Source of the DNA: an uncultured Chloroflexia bacterium
GTDB taxonomy: Bacteria; Chloroflexota; Limnocylindria; QHBO01
Assembly (NCBI GenBank): GCA_963816215.1
Contig: CAWFKB010000001.1
Location: 54,298 to 118,297 of the forward strand
DNA length: 64,000 nucleotides
Direction: 5' to 3'
The notes under the pieces were generated by a model. The model was given only the letters and a program-made list of their open reading frames with translations. It was not told the DNA's origin and searched no databases. The position numbers and the translations under genes are program-made. Below, one piece after another: positions 39,860-49,272 of the stretch (position 1 is its first letter; the number at the start of each line of letters is the position of its first letter).

Positions 39860-40291
39860 TCAGCTGTCGTGGGCGCGGGGGAAAGCCATCTCGGCCGGCC
39901 ACACCGGCGGGAGACCCTCGTCGTCATCGGTCTGGGCCACCATCGCTTCGCCGGACGGCGACATGAACTCGTGCCACACCTCGGTTCCCGCTGCCGGTGG
40001 GTCATCGAGCTCCTTGATGGCCACGATCCCGTCGAAGCGGATGCGGCCCTGTCGGCCGTCATCGGTCTGGAAGTCGTCCTCGTACTCGGTCGCGATCTCG
40101 ACCGCCTGGCCCATGGCCGTCTCCTCGTCCTCGCCGTCGACCAGGATCACCCGATCCTCGACCAGGTACGGCTCGGCGGCCTCGTCCACGAGGTACGCGT
40201 AGCGGAGCTCGACCGCGAACCAGCCGCTGCTCACGACACGGGCCGTGGCCGGGTCAGCCTCGACCGCGATGGCGCGGCGGCGATCGGTCAT
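39860..40291 (-). CDS. DUF4288-like acidic protein
   Basis: WFAV...EDRVILV...EEA-like pattern, GTEVW. Confidence 0.6.
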   Translation of the reverse strand: MTDRRRAIAVEADPATARVVSSGWFAVELRYAYLVDEAAEPYLVEDRVILVDGEDEETAMGQAVEIATEYEDDFQTDDGRQGRIRFDGIVAIKELDDPPAAGTEVWHEFMSPSGEAMVAQTDDDEGLPPVWPAEMAFPRAHDS

Positions 40292-41883
40292 GCGGGCGGC
40301 GGCTCCTCGCCCATCACCGTCTGCGACTGCTCGCGCATGAACTGCATGACGTAGTAGGGGCCCAGGCCGCTCTTGCCCGAGGATCCGGAGCCCTTCCAGC
40401 CGCCGAATGACTGGATGCCCGGCCACGCCCCGGTGGTGGCGCCGCTCCGGCGGTTGACGTACGTGACTCCGGCCTGGATGCCGTTCAGGAACTGGGCGAT
40501 CTGCGACTCGTCGTGGGTGAAGATCCCGGCCGTGAGCCCATAGGCCGTGTCGTTGGCGAGGTGCAGGGCCTCGTCGAACGAGTCGACCTCGGCCACGACG
40601 ACCAGCGGGACGAACAGCTCGTCGTGGAACAGGCGGTGGCTGGCCGGCAGGCCCGTGATCACGGTGGGGGTCGGGAAGTAGCCGCGGGCCTCGTCGCCCG
40701 AGGTCAGGACCTCCCCGCCGGCGGCGATCGTTCCGCCATCGGCCTTGGCTTCCGCCACCGCATCGGTGAACTTGCGCAGGGACCGCTCGTTGATGACCGG
40801 GCCCATCCAGTTCTCGCGCTTGGTGGGATCGCCCACCGCGATGTTCCGCGCGCGCTCCGCAAGGCGCTCCACGAACTCGCCGGCCACACTGCGCTCCACG
40901 TACACGCGCGAGTTGGCGCTGCACTTCTGGCCGTCGAACCCAAACGAGGAGCGGGCCACACCCTCGGCTGCCTCGTCGATATTGGCGCTGGCCATCACGA
41001 TGGCGGGGTTCTTGCCGCCCATCTCGGTGATGATCGGCCGCGGGTAGTCGCGGGTGAAGTTTCGGTACAGGCGCATCCCGACCTCGTACGAGCCGGTGAA
41101 CACCATGCCGTCGATCCCGTTGTTGTCCTCCAGCTCCGCGCCCACCGTCTCGCCCGGGCCGGTCACGAAGTTGAGCACGCCGTCGGGGAGCCCCGCCTCG
41201 CGCATGACCTCGACGAACTTCCAACCCATGAGCGGGGCGTCAGACGAGGGCTTGAGGACCACCGTGTTGCCCGCGATGAGCGCGCCCGCCGCCGGACCGC
41301 CGGCCAGGGCCATGGGGAAGTTGAAGGGGCTGATCACCGCCCACACGCCGTGGGGCTTGAGGATGGAGCGCGTGTGCTCCGCCGGCGACAGCGAGCCCAT
41401 GGGCTGCACGAACCCGTCGTGGTCCTCCATCTGCTGCCCGTAGTACCGCAGCAGATCCGCGGTCTCCTCCACGTCGCCCAGGGCCTCGAGCCGGTTCTTG
41501 CCCACCTCGAAGGTCATGAGCGCGGCGTACTCGAACTGGCGCTCGCTGATGAGGTCGGCCGCGCGGCGGATGATCTCCAGCCGCTTGCGCCAGCCCAGGT
41601 CGCGCCAGGCCGGGAAGGCGGCCCGGGCCGCGGCGATGGCGTCACGGACGTCCGCTCGTGTGCCCAGCGGGAAGCGGCTGACGACCAGGTCGGTGTCGAT
41701 GGGCGACCGATGCTCGAAGGTCTCGCCGCCGGTTCGCTCCTCCGCCCCGACGAGGATGGGATACGACTTGCCCAGCTCCCCGCGAGCCCAGACCACGGCC
41801 TGCTCGTACGACTCCTGGAGCTCGGTGTTGTCCGCGCTCAGGGTGGCGTAGGTGATCTTCAGGCGCGGGGTCGTTGCGGTCAT
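40288..41883 (-). CDS. Aldehyde dehydrogenase, 1-pyrroline-5-carboxylate dehydrogenase-like
   Basis: SPFNFP, EMGGKN, GQKCSA, YGLTAG, SFGGWKGSG. Confidence 0.9.
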   Translation of the reverse strand: MTATTPRLKITYATLSADNTELQESYEQAVVWARGELGKSYPILVGAEERTGGETFEHRSPIDTDLVVSRFPLGTRADVRDAIAAARAAFPAWRDLGWRKRLEIIRRAADLISERQFEYAALMTFEVGKNRLEALGDVEETADLLRYYGQQMEDHDGFVQPMGSLSPAEHTRSILKPHGVWAVISPFNFPMALAGGPAAGALIAGNTVVLKPSSDAPLMGWKFVEVMREAGLPDGVLNFVTGPGETVGAELEDNNGIDGMVFTGSYEVGMRLYRNFTRDYPRPIITEMGGKNPAIVMASANIDEAAEGVARSSFGFDGQKCSANSRVYVERSVAGEFVERLAERARNIAVGDPTKRENWMGPVINERSLRKFTDAVAEAKADGGTIAAGGEVLTSGDEARGYFPTPTVITGLPASHRLFHDELFVPLVVVAEVDSFDEALHLANDTAYGLTAGIFTHDESQIAQFLNGIQAGVTYVNRRSGATTGAWPGIQSFGGWKGSGSSGKSGLGPYYVMQFMREQSQTVMGEEPPPA

Positions 41884-41969
41884 GGACGGCGTCTCCTGAT
41901 CGGTGGGCCCGGATTATCGCACCGGGTCGCTGCGGTCCCGAAATGGCAGTTGCCGGAGTCCATCATCGG

Positions 41970-42036
41970 TCGGTGTGCGGGGCGGCGGGCACAGCGGGAG
42001 GCCAGGCTCCGGGGGGAGAAGAACCTGGCCTCCCAA
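41970..42036 (-). ncRNA. Candidate 6C-like small RNA with two C-rich-loop hairpins
   Basis: TATCAT at 42048-42043; 14-bp stem with loop UUCUCCCCCCG (42034-41996); second hairpin UGUGC-CCGCCGCCCC-GCACA (41993-41974). Confidence 0.5.
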
Positions 42037-42107
42037 GGCCGGATGATAGCCCCCTTGCCGGGACCGGCCGATCCTTTTCTGCAGTCTCTGCGAGGCTCCG
42101 GCCGGGC

Positions 42108-42809
42108 CTAGACCGATGGCTTGGCGAGGTGGTACAGCCCCAGTTTCAGCTCGGGCATGGGCGGGTGGGCGGACATCAGAAACGCCCGCGCCCGATCGCC
42201 ATACAGGCGGGGGAGAATGGCGTGGGCGGCCTCGTCGTCGCGCAGGTCCAGGCGGGCATGGACGACCTTGATCTTGAAGCCGTGGCGCAGCCACCAGCCC
42301 GAGCGACGCTGGGTCGCGGTCCGGGCGTGGGCGACGACCTCCGGCTCCAGGAGCGAAGCCACGTCGTCGCGCCCGTAGTAGCCGATGACGACCAGGCGGC
42401 CACCCGGGCGCAGCACGCGCAGCGCCTCGGCCACGGCCGGCAGCGAGCCGTCGTCGGCCTCGATCAGGCCATGGAGCACGACGTCCACCGCACCGTCGCG
42501 CAGGGGCAGGGCGGTGGGCTCTCCTTCGATCATCCGGACGTTGGGCTGGTGCGCGGCGCTGGCCCGCTGGCGGGCCTCGTCCAGGAGCTCCGGGTCGGAC
42601 TCGATGCCATAGGTTCGCGCCGTGTGGCGCGCAAGGAGCATGGGGTAGTGACCGATCCCGGTGCCCACGTCGGCAATCCGTCGGCCGGACAACGGGGTGA
42701 TCCGCTCGAGCGCGGCGAGCACCTTCCGGCCCGGGTCGATCATGTCGCCCAGCCGCCGATACAGCTCCGGGTCGGGCTCGGTCCAGGCCGGGAGGATGCC
42801 GCGCATCAT
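42108..42809 (-). CDS. Class I SAM-dependent methyltransferase
   Basis: IADVGTGIG, LPLRDGAVD, RVLRPGG. Confidence 0.9.
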   Translation of the reverse strand: MMRGILPAWTEPDPELYRRLGDMIDPGRKVLAALERITPLSGRRIADVGTGIGHYPMLLARHTARTYGIESDPELLDEARQRASAAHQPNVRMIEGEPTALPLRDGAVDVVLHGLIEADDGSLPAVAEALRVLRPGGRLVVIGYYGRDDVASLLEPEVVAHARTATQRRSGWWLRHGFKIKVVHARLDLRDDEAAHAILPRLYGDRARAFLMSAHPPMPELKLGLYHLAKPSV

Positions 42810-42846
42810 CGGTCCACTGGGTTCGCGCGCCCCGCCGGCGCGTGGC

Positions 42847-43491
42847 TCACGGCACCGACACCCGCAGCCACGCAGGTTCTCCGCCCTGCTGGGTCAGGAG
42901 CGCCTCGCCGGCGAGGACCTGGAGGTCGAACTCCACCGGCCCGTTGACCCGCCGCGTGACGACGATCGGGATGGTCAGGGTCGCCCCGGGATCGAGCGGC
43001 CCCCAGCCGAGCGAAGTTGTCCCGGCCGGCTCGCCCCGTTCCCCGGGACCAATGACCCACTTGGTCCACGGCTGGACGAGCGGTGGACACCCATCGCACA
43101 GGCGCTGGGCGGACGGCGTGAAGGGGGCCAGGAACAGGCGCTCGTCGAGGGTGGTGGGCCAGCGCAGGACGAGCTCGGTGACGCGGGTTGGATCGAGGTT
43201 GGTGACCACCACCGTGATCGTTCCCGACGCGTCGGTGGCCAGGCCCGGCGTGACCGTCACGGTGATGAGCCGCGGGTCCGTTGTGGATGGGTCTCCCAGC
43301 GAATACGGAGCCGGCGTGGGCTCCGGGGTGGCGCTCGGTTCGGGGGTGGCGGTGGGCGTCGGCCGTGGAGTCGCCGATGGAGTTGGCGTGGGCGACGGCG
43401 AAGGAAGCGGGATGCAGGCCCCGAGGGCCACCACGAGCAGCAGCGCACCGGTGACCCGCGACGCGGGAACGGAGGACGGGCGGGCCGGCAT
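42847..43491 (-). CDS. Hypothetical lipoprotein with P/T linker and Ig-like beta domain
   Basis: Lipobox LGAC, (PT)n tract, CDGC motif. Confidence 0.65.
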   Translation of the reverse strand: MPARPSSVPASRVTGALLLVVALGACIPLPSPSPTPTPSATPRPTPTATPEPSATPEPTPAPYSLGDPSTTDPRLITVTVTPGLATDASGTITVVVTNLDPTRVTELVLRWPTTLDERLFLAPFTPSAQRLCDGCPPLVQPWTKWVIGPGERGEPAGTTSLGWGPLDPGATLTIPIVVTRRVNGPVEFDLQVLAGEALLTQQGGEPAWLRVSVP

Positions 43492-43534
43492 GAGGCCGCA
43501 TGGTAGTGGACGACCCCTTGCTACGATGACCGCC

Positions 43535-43960
43535 ATGGAGCCCACCTCCCCGGCCACCCCGCATCGGCTGTCCGCCGGGATGGTGGCGTGGTTCACCTGG
43601 GTCGTCGTCCTGCTGGCCATCACCGGGCTGCTCCTGCCCAAGATCATTGCGTTCGTCGACTTCAGCGAGAAGGCGCCGTTCTCGCTGCTGGGCCTGGTGA
43701 TGATGCTGGAGCTGGCCGCGGTCTTCTTCGGGGTGACCCTGGCGCTCCAGCACAAGCGGGCGGGATACGGCTTCGCGGTGGGCATCTCGCTCCTGCCGGC
43801 GCCGATCCTGGGTGGGCTCGTGCCGCTCATGCTGGCCATGCCGCCCGACGCCGCGGCGGGCTGGACCGCTCTCTGGGTGCCGCTTGGCGTGGCCGTGTCC
43901 GTCGTCCTCATCCTCGCCCTGCGCCGGCCGGCGTCGCGGGCATGGTTCACGGAGGATTGA
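43535..43960 (+). CDS. Hypothetical 4-TM protein
   Basis: Hydrophobic helices ending L.RPASRAWF; TACGAT 7 nt upstream. Confidence 0.7.
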   Translation: MEPTSPATPHRLSAGMVAWFTWVVVLLAITGLLLPKIIAFVDFSEKAPFSLLGLVMMLELAAVFFGVTLALQHKRAGYGFAVGISLLPAPILGGLVPLMLAMPPDAAAGWTALWVPLGVAVSVVLILALRRPASRAWFTED

Positions 43961-43964
43961 GGCC

Positions 43965-44888
43965 GTGCGCGTAACCGCCTTCGCTCACGTCGGCGCCGAC
44001 CGCGCGCCCGGCCGACGGCTGGGCGCGGAACGAGCCGACGGCATCGTGGACCTGACCGATGCACTCGGCTGGGACCTGGGTGCAGTGCTGGCCGGGCCCG
44101 ACCCGGAGGGTCACATCGCCACCGCGCTCGACGCGGCGCGCGACCAGGACGCCTTCGCCCCGGGCGACGTCCGGCGCCTGGCGCCCCTGGTCCATCCGGG
44201 CAAGATCGTGTGCGTGGGCCTGAACTACCACGAACACTGCGCCGAGCAGGGCGTGGACCCGCCGTCCTATCCCGTGCTGTTCGCCAAGTTCGCGAACGCC
44301 GTGAACGACCCCGGGGCGGTCATCGTGCGGCCTCGCGCCACGGAGATGCTCGACCTCGAGTGCGAGCTGGCCGTGGTCATCGGTCAGCGGGCATCCCATG
44401 TGTCCGCCGACCGGGCTCTTGATTACGTCTTTGGCTACACGATCATCAACGACGTGACCGCCCGTGATCTGCAGCGCGAGGACCGCCAGTGGCTGCGGGC
44501 CAAGGGCTGGGATGGCTTTGGACCGATGGGCCCAGTGGTCGTGACCCGCGATGACGTGCCGGACCCGGGTCGCCTCGGACTGCGCTCCTGGGTGAACGGG
44601 GAGACCTGGCAGGAATCGAATACGGCCGACATGATCTGCGACGTGCGCACCCTGCTGGCCTTCGTGACCGCCTCCATCACCCTCGAGCCGGGTGACGTCC
44701 TCGCCACGGGGACACCGGCCGGCGTGGGCCACTTCCACGACCCGCCCCGCTACCTGGTCGGCGGCGACGTCCTGGGATGCGAGATCGAGGGCATCGGGAC
44801 GCTCGAGAACCAGGTCGTGGACGAGCAGCCACGAGCCGCGGATCACGCGACCGCGGCGGGCCTCACCGACACGGTCAGGGTCGCCTGA
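43965..44888 (+). CDS. Fumarylacetoacetate hydrolase family protein
   Basis: KIVCVGLNY, ECELAVVIG, NDVTARD, GDVLATGTP. Confidence 0.93.
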   Translation: MRVTAFAHVGADRAPGRRLGAERADGIVDLTDALGWDLGAVLAGPDPEGHIATALDAARDQDAFAPGDVRRLAPLVHPGKIVCVGLNYHEHCAEQGVDPPSYPVLFAKFANAVNDPGAVIVRPRATEMLDLECELAVVIGQRASHVSADRALDYVFGYTIINDVTARDLQREDRQWLRAKGWDGFGPMGPVVVTRDDVPDPGRLGLRSWVNGETWQESNTADMICDVRTLLAFVTASITLEPGDVLATGTPAGVGHFHDPPRYLVGGDVLGCEIEGIGTLENQVVDEQPRAADHATAAGLTDTVRVA

Positions 44889-45913
44889 TGCGGGCCCTGG
44901 CCAAGACCCGGCCCGAGAAGGGCCTCGAGATCATCGAGGCGCCGATTCCGGCACCCGGGCCGGGCGAGGTCCAGCTCCGGATCGAGGCGGCCAGCATTTG
45001 CGGTACCGACGGCCACATCTACGCCTGGGACCGATGGGCGGCCGAGAACATCGCGCTCCCCGTGATCCTGGGCCACGAGCTGGCTGGTCGGGTCGCGGCG
45101 ACCGGCGCGGGGGTGACCCGCGTCCGTGAGGGCGACCTGGTGGGCGTCGAGTCGCACCTGTTCGACGGGACCTGCGCCCAGTGCCGCAGCGGCGAGACCC
45201 ACCTGTGCCGCAACCTGCGGGTCATCGGCGCCCACGTGAACGGCGGCTACGCCGAATTCGTGGTCATCCCCGAGGCCAACGCGGTGGAGTCCAATGGCCT
45301 CGACCCCGCGGTGGTGGCCCTCCAGGAGCCGATGGGCAACGCCGTCCATGCCGCGTTCGTGGAACCCATCGCGGGTCGCACGGTGGCCGTCACCGGCTGC
45401 GGGCCCATCGGCCTGTGCGCGGTGGGGATCGCCAAGGCGGCCGGTGCGTCGTGGGTGGTGGCCACCGATACCGAGCCCTACCGGCTCGAGCTGGCCTCGC
45501 GCATGGGCGCCGATCTGACCCTGGACGGGACGTCACCCGACACGGTGCAGGCCATTCTCGATGCGACCGGCGGTGACGGGGTGGAGGTGGTGCTCGAGAT
45601 GAGCGGCAACGCGTCGGCGCTCGACAGTGCCCTGCGCTTCATCACGCGCGGCGGGCGGGTGAGCCTGCTCGGCATTTTTGGGGAGCCGGTGACGGTGGAC
45701 CTCTCGAACCTGGTCATCGAGAAGGGCGTCCGGCTCCACGGCGTCTTCGGACGCCGGATCTACGACACCTGGGAGCGGACCCAGGACCTGCTCCGCTCGG
45801 GCGCCCTGGACGTGACGCCCATCCTCACCCATCGGTTCGACCTCGCCGACTGGCAGCAGGGCTTCGACCTGCTGGGCACGCGGCAGGCCGGAAAGGTGGT
45901 GCTCGTCCCGTGA
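44888..45913 (+). CDS. tdh: L-threonine 3-dehydrogenase
   Basis: ICGTD.HIY.WD.W, GHE, EPMGNAVH, GCGPIG; adjacent to kbl. Confidence 0.92.
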   Translation: MRALAKTRPEKGLEIIEAPIPAPGPGEVQLRIEAASICGTDGHIYAWDRWAAENIALPVILGHELAGRVAATGAGVTRVREGDLVGVESHLFDGTCAQCRSGETHLCRNLRVIGAHVNGGYAEFVVIPEANAVESNGLDPAVVALQEPMGNAVHAAFVEPIAGRTVAVTGCGPIGLCAVGIAKAAGASWVVATDTEPYRLELASRMGADLTLDGTSPDTVQAILDATGGDGVEVVLEMSGNASALDSALRFITRGGRVSLLGIFGEPVTVDLSNLVIEKGVRLHGVFGRRIYDTWERTQDLLRSGALDVTPILTHRFDLADWQQGFDLLGTRQAGKVVLVP

Positions 45914-47118
45914 CATCGGTCCGTTCGGGCAACCCCATGGCCTTCCTCGACGCCGAGCTGGACGACCTGCGAGCCAAGGGCCTGTACCGTCGCCTGCGGG
46001 TGGTGGAGAGCGAACAGGCAGCCCATTGCCGGATCGACGGCCGCGAGGTGATCACCCTCTCGTCCAACAACTACCTGGGCCTCACGACCCACCCCAAGCT
46101 CCGCGCGGCGATGATTGCGGCCACGGAGGAGTTCGGCGCCGGCTCCGGGGCGGTGCGGACCATCGCGGGCACGATGAGCCTCCACCAGCAGCTCGAAGCG
46201 CGGCTCGCCGAGTTCAAGCACACCGAGGCCGCGCTCACCTTCCAGTCGGGCTTCACCGCCAACACCGGCACCATCCCCATCCTCGCCGGCGAGGGCGCGG
46301 TGATCGTCAGCGACGAGCTGAACCACGCCAGCATCATCGACGGCATCCGCCTCACCAAGGCCGAGCGGCGGGTCTACCCCCACGGCGATACCGATACGCT
46401 GCGCGCCACCCTCCGCGAGCTCCGGGCCGCACCTGGTGGCGCAGAGCGAACGGTCCTGGTCATCACCGATGGCGTGTTCTCGATGGACGGCGACATCGCC
46501 CGGCTGCCGGCCATCGTCGAGGCGGCCGAGGAGGCGGAGGCCATCGTGTTCGTGGACGACGCCCATGCGTCGGGGGTGCTGGGCCGCAATGGACGCGGAA
46601 CAGTCGACCATTTCGACCTGCACGGGCGGGTCCACGTCCAGGTCGGGACGCTGTCCAAGGCGATCGGCGTGCTCGGCGGCTACGTGGCCGGCAGCATGTC
46701 CCTGCGCGAGATCCTCATCCACCGCGCGCGGCCGTTCCTGTTCTCGACCTCGCATCCGCCAGGGGTGGCGGCCGCCTGCCTGGCGGCGATCGATGTCCTG
46801 GAGATCGAGCCGGAGCGCATCGAGCGGCTGTGGACCAACACCCGCCGCTTCAAGGAGGGCCTGCGCGGGCTGGGCTTCGACATCGGTCAGTCGGAGACGC
46901 CCATCACCCCGGTCATCGCGGGCAGCGGGACGCGGGCCATGAAGCTCTCGGATCGGCTGTTCGAGGAGGGCGTGTTCGCGCAGGGGATCGGCTTTCCCAC
47001 GGTGCCCGAGGCCAAGAGCCGGGTGCGGACGATCGTCACCGCCGAGCACACCGATGCCGACCTCGATGCCTGCCTGACCGCCTTCGAGACCGTCGGCCGG
47101 GAGCTGGCCCTGATCTAG
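45910..47118 (+). CDS. kbl: Glycine C-acetyltransferase (2-amino-3-ketobutyrate CoA ligase)
   Basis: SSNNYLGL, DELNHASIIDG, GVFSMDGD, DDAH, GTLSKA; alternative start ATG 45937. Confidence 0.92.
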   Translation: MTSVRSGNPMAFLDAELDDLRAKGLYRRLRVVESEQAAHCRIDGREVITLSSNNYLGLTTHPKLRAAMIAATEEFGAGSGAVRTIAGTMSLHQQLEARLAEFKHTEAALTFQSGFTANTGTIPILAGEGAVIVSDELNHASIIDGIRLTKAERRVYPHGDTDTLRATLRELRAAPGGAERTVLVITDGVFSMDGDIARLPAIVEAAEEAEAIVFVDDAHASGVLGRNGRGTVDHFDLHGRVHVQVGTLSKAIGVLGGYVAGSMSLREILIHRARPFLFSTSHPPGVAAACLAAIDVLEIEPERIERLWTNTRRFKEGLRGLGFDIGQSETPITPVIAGSGTRAMKLSDRLFEEGVFAQGIGFPTVPEAKSRVRTIVTAEHTDADLDACLTAFETVGRELALI

Positions 47119-47756
47119 GCGGTGCGGCCGCGCGCCTCGAGCAGGACGACCTGCGTCTCCTCGGGGAGCGTGGACGGGGTCAGGCTGGCCTTGGGCAGGC
47201 GGATGGGCTCGGCGGCCAGCTCGTGGAGGAAGGTCTCGGGTCCCAGCAGGTCGGTGGACGCCCCGTCGATCGCGAAGTGCATGGGAATGACGACCTTGGG
47301 CTCCAGCTGCGCGACGACCTCGGCCGCTTCGCGCGGCGACAGGGTGAAGTTGCCGCCGGCCGGGACGAGCAGCACGTCGATCGGTCCGATCTCGTGGAGC
47401 TGCTCATCGGTCAGGACGTGGCCCAGGTCTCCCAGGTGGCAGACGTGCACCCCGTCGACCTCGAACGAGAAGATCACGTTCTCGCCGCGCTCCTTGCCCT
47501 CGACCCCGTCGTGCCAGGTCCTGACCCCGGTCACCAGCAGGTCGGCGAACTCGTACTCGCCGGGGCGGGTGAGGGTCATTCCGGCGTGGATCGAGCGGGT
47601 ATACGAGTGGTCGGGGTGGTCGTGACTGATGGTCAGCAGGTCGACGTCATGCTTGCCCGCCACGAACCCGGTCTTGGGTGGGCAGGGATCGGTGATGACG
47701 GAGGCGCGCTTTCCCTTCAACCGGAAGCAGGCACGTCCATACCAGGTGATTTCCAC
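47115..47756 (-). CDS. Metallo-beta-lactamase fold hydrolase
   Basis: ITWYG.ACF, SHDHPDH, HLGDLG, IPMH. Confidence 0.9.
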   Translation of the reverse strand: MEITWYGRACFRLKGKRASVITDPCPPKTGFVAGKHDVDLLTISHDHPDHSYTRSIHAGMTLTRPGEYEFADLLVTGVRTWHDGVEGKERGENVIFSFEVDGVHVCHLGDLGHVLTDEQLHEIGPIDVLLVPAGGNFTLSPREAAEVVAQLEPKVVIPMHFAIDGASTDLLGPETFLHELAAEPIRLPKASLTPSTLPEETQVVLLEARGRTA

Positions 47757-47789
47757 GGGGGACGGATGCTACCCCAGAAATTGTCTCGG

Positions 47790-47877
47790 AATAGCACGAG
47801 CGCCGGTGCCCGCCCAATGACACCGGCGCCCGAAGGAGGGAGGGTGGAGGAGAAATCCTGCTGGATCTCTGACTCGC
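47790..47877 (-). ncRNA. Candidate small RNA with an unpaired anti-SD-like CU tract
   Basis: TAGATT at 47889-47884; hairpin 47870-47851; CCUCCACCCUCCCUCCUUC at 47850-47832; GC hairpin 47831-47798. Confidence 0.5.
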
Positions 47878-47961
47878 ACGATCAATCTATCGAGCCGACA
47901 TGAAGCCACAACCATGCCGATGTGAAGAAACCTGAACCTTTGCGGTACGGTTGGCCGGCTG

Positions 47962-49224
47962 ATGTCACCGCTTGCGCGACGCCTGGTCGCCGTCGTCACC
48001 CTCCTGCTGGCCCTGGCCCTGATCGCGGTCCTCACCCTGCGGGCATTCGGGGCGCCGATCGCGCTCGGTCCCTTTGCCAGCGCGACGCCCATTCCCGCGC
48101 CCACCCCCAGCCCCGTGGCGAGCGGCGCGCCAACCCCATCCCCCGAGGACGTCCTGGCCGGGATCGAGGCCGACGTGACCGACCTGCGCGACCTCGCCGC
48201 GGCCGACATCGGCCCCCCAGAGCTGATCACCCGCGAGGAGCTCGACCGCCGCCTGACCGCGCGGTTCGAGCAGGACTACCCGCCCGCGGACGCGGCCGCG
48301 GACAACGTCCTGCTCCAGGGCCTGGGACTCCTGACCGCGGACGAGGACGTGGCCGCGCTCCAGCTGCAGCTGCTCACCGGCGGGGTCCTGGGCTACTACG
48401 ACCCAGACGCCCAGGCCATGGTGGTGGTGACCGATGCCGGGCTCACGCCCGAGGCCCAGGTCACGTACGCCCACGAGTACACCCACGCGCTTCAGGACAG
48501 CGCCTTCGGGCTGGACACGCTCGACCTCCAGCGGGAGGGCGACGACGATGGAGCACTGGCCGGCCTCAGCCTGGTGGAGGGCGACGCGACGACGACCATG
48601 GTCCTGTGGGCCATCGACAGCCTGAGCCCCGAGGAGGTCCTGGGCATCAGCCAGACCCCCCTCCCGGATACGACCGGCGTGCCGGCCTGGATGATCCGCC
48701 TGCAGGAGTTCCCGTACCTGGCCGGGACTGATTTCACCTCCCGCCTGTATGCCACCGGCGGCTTTGGGGCGGTCGACGAGGCGTGGGCCGATCCGCCCGT
48801 GTCGACCGAGCAGATCCTCCACTTCCGCGCGTATGTCGACGACGAGCAACCGATCGCGGTCGAGGACATGGAACCGAACCTGGCGGCCCGTGCGGTGACC
48901 GTGGTCCAGGCCACGACCCTGGGCGAGGCGATGATCGGGATCTGGCTCGATGCCCTGGGCATGAACGAAACCGATGCCAACGCGGCCGCCGCCGGATGGG
49001 GCGGCGACCGGATCTGGGCCGTCACCACCTCCGACGGGGCGGTGGGCGTGGTCCTCCGTATCGCGTGGGACGTGAAGGTCGACGCCGACCAGTTTGCGAC
49101 GGCCTACGAGCGCGTCTCTCCTGCGCTCCCGGTGTTCGGTCGCCTGGACAGGGTGAGTGACACCGAGATCGTCATCACCCAGGGTTCCACCCAGGCTCTC
49201 GTCGACCTGTTGGCCGCGAACTAG
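47962..49224 (+). CDS. Exported or membrane-anchored putative zinc metallopeptidase
   Basis: N-terminal TM, GYYDP, AHEYTHALQD, EGDA, PPVSTEQILH. Confidence 0.75.
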   Translation: MSPLARRLVAVVTLLLALALIAVLTLRAFGAPIALGPFASATPIPAPTPSPVASGAPTPSPEDVLAGIEADVTDLRDLAAADIGPPELITREELDRRLTARFEQDYPPADAAADNVLLQGLGLLTADEDVAALQLQLLTGGVLGYYDPDAQAMVVVTDAGLTPEAQVTYAHEYTHALQDSAFGLDTLDLQREGDDDGALAGLSLVEGDATTTMVLWAIDSLSPEEVLGISQTPLPDTTGVPAWMIRLQEFPYLAGTDFTSRLYATGGFGAVDEAWADPPVSTEQILHFRAYVDDEQPIAVEDMEPNLAARAVTVVQATTLGEAMIGIWLDALGMNETDANAAAAGWGGDRIWAVTTSDGAVGVVLRIAWDVKVDADQFATAYERVSPALPVFGRLDRVSDTEIVITQGSTQALVDLLAAN

Positions 49225-49272
49225 CCGGCGCGGCGCGGCGCTCCGCGCCCCGCCTACCCCCGGCGGCGGTGG

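Noticed and set aside
43300-43400. Repetitive DNA (also 34890-35070 and 48080-48145)
   Set aside because: Encodes ordinary Pro/Thr/Ser linkers of exported proteins
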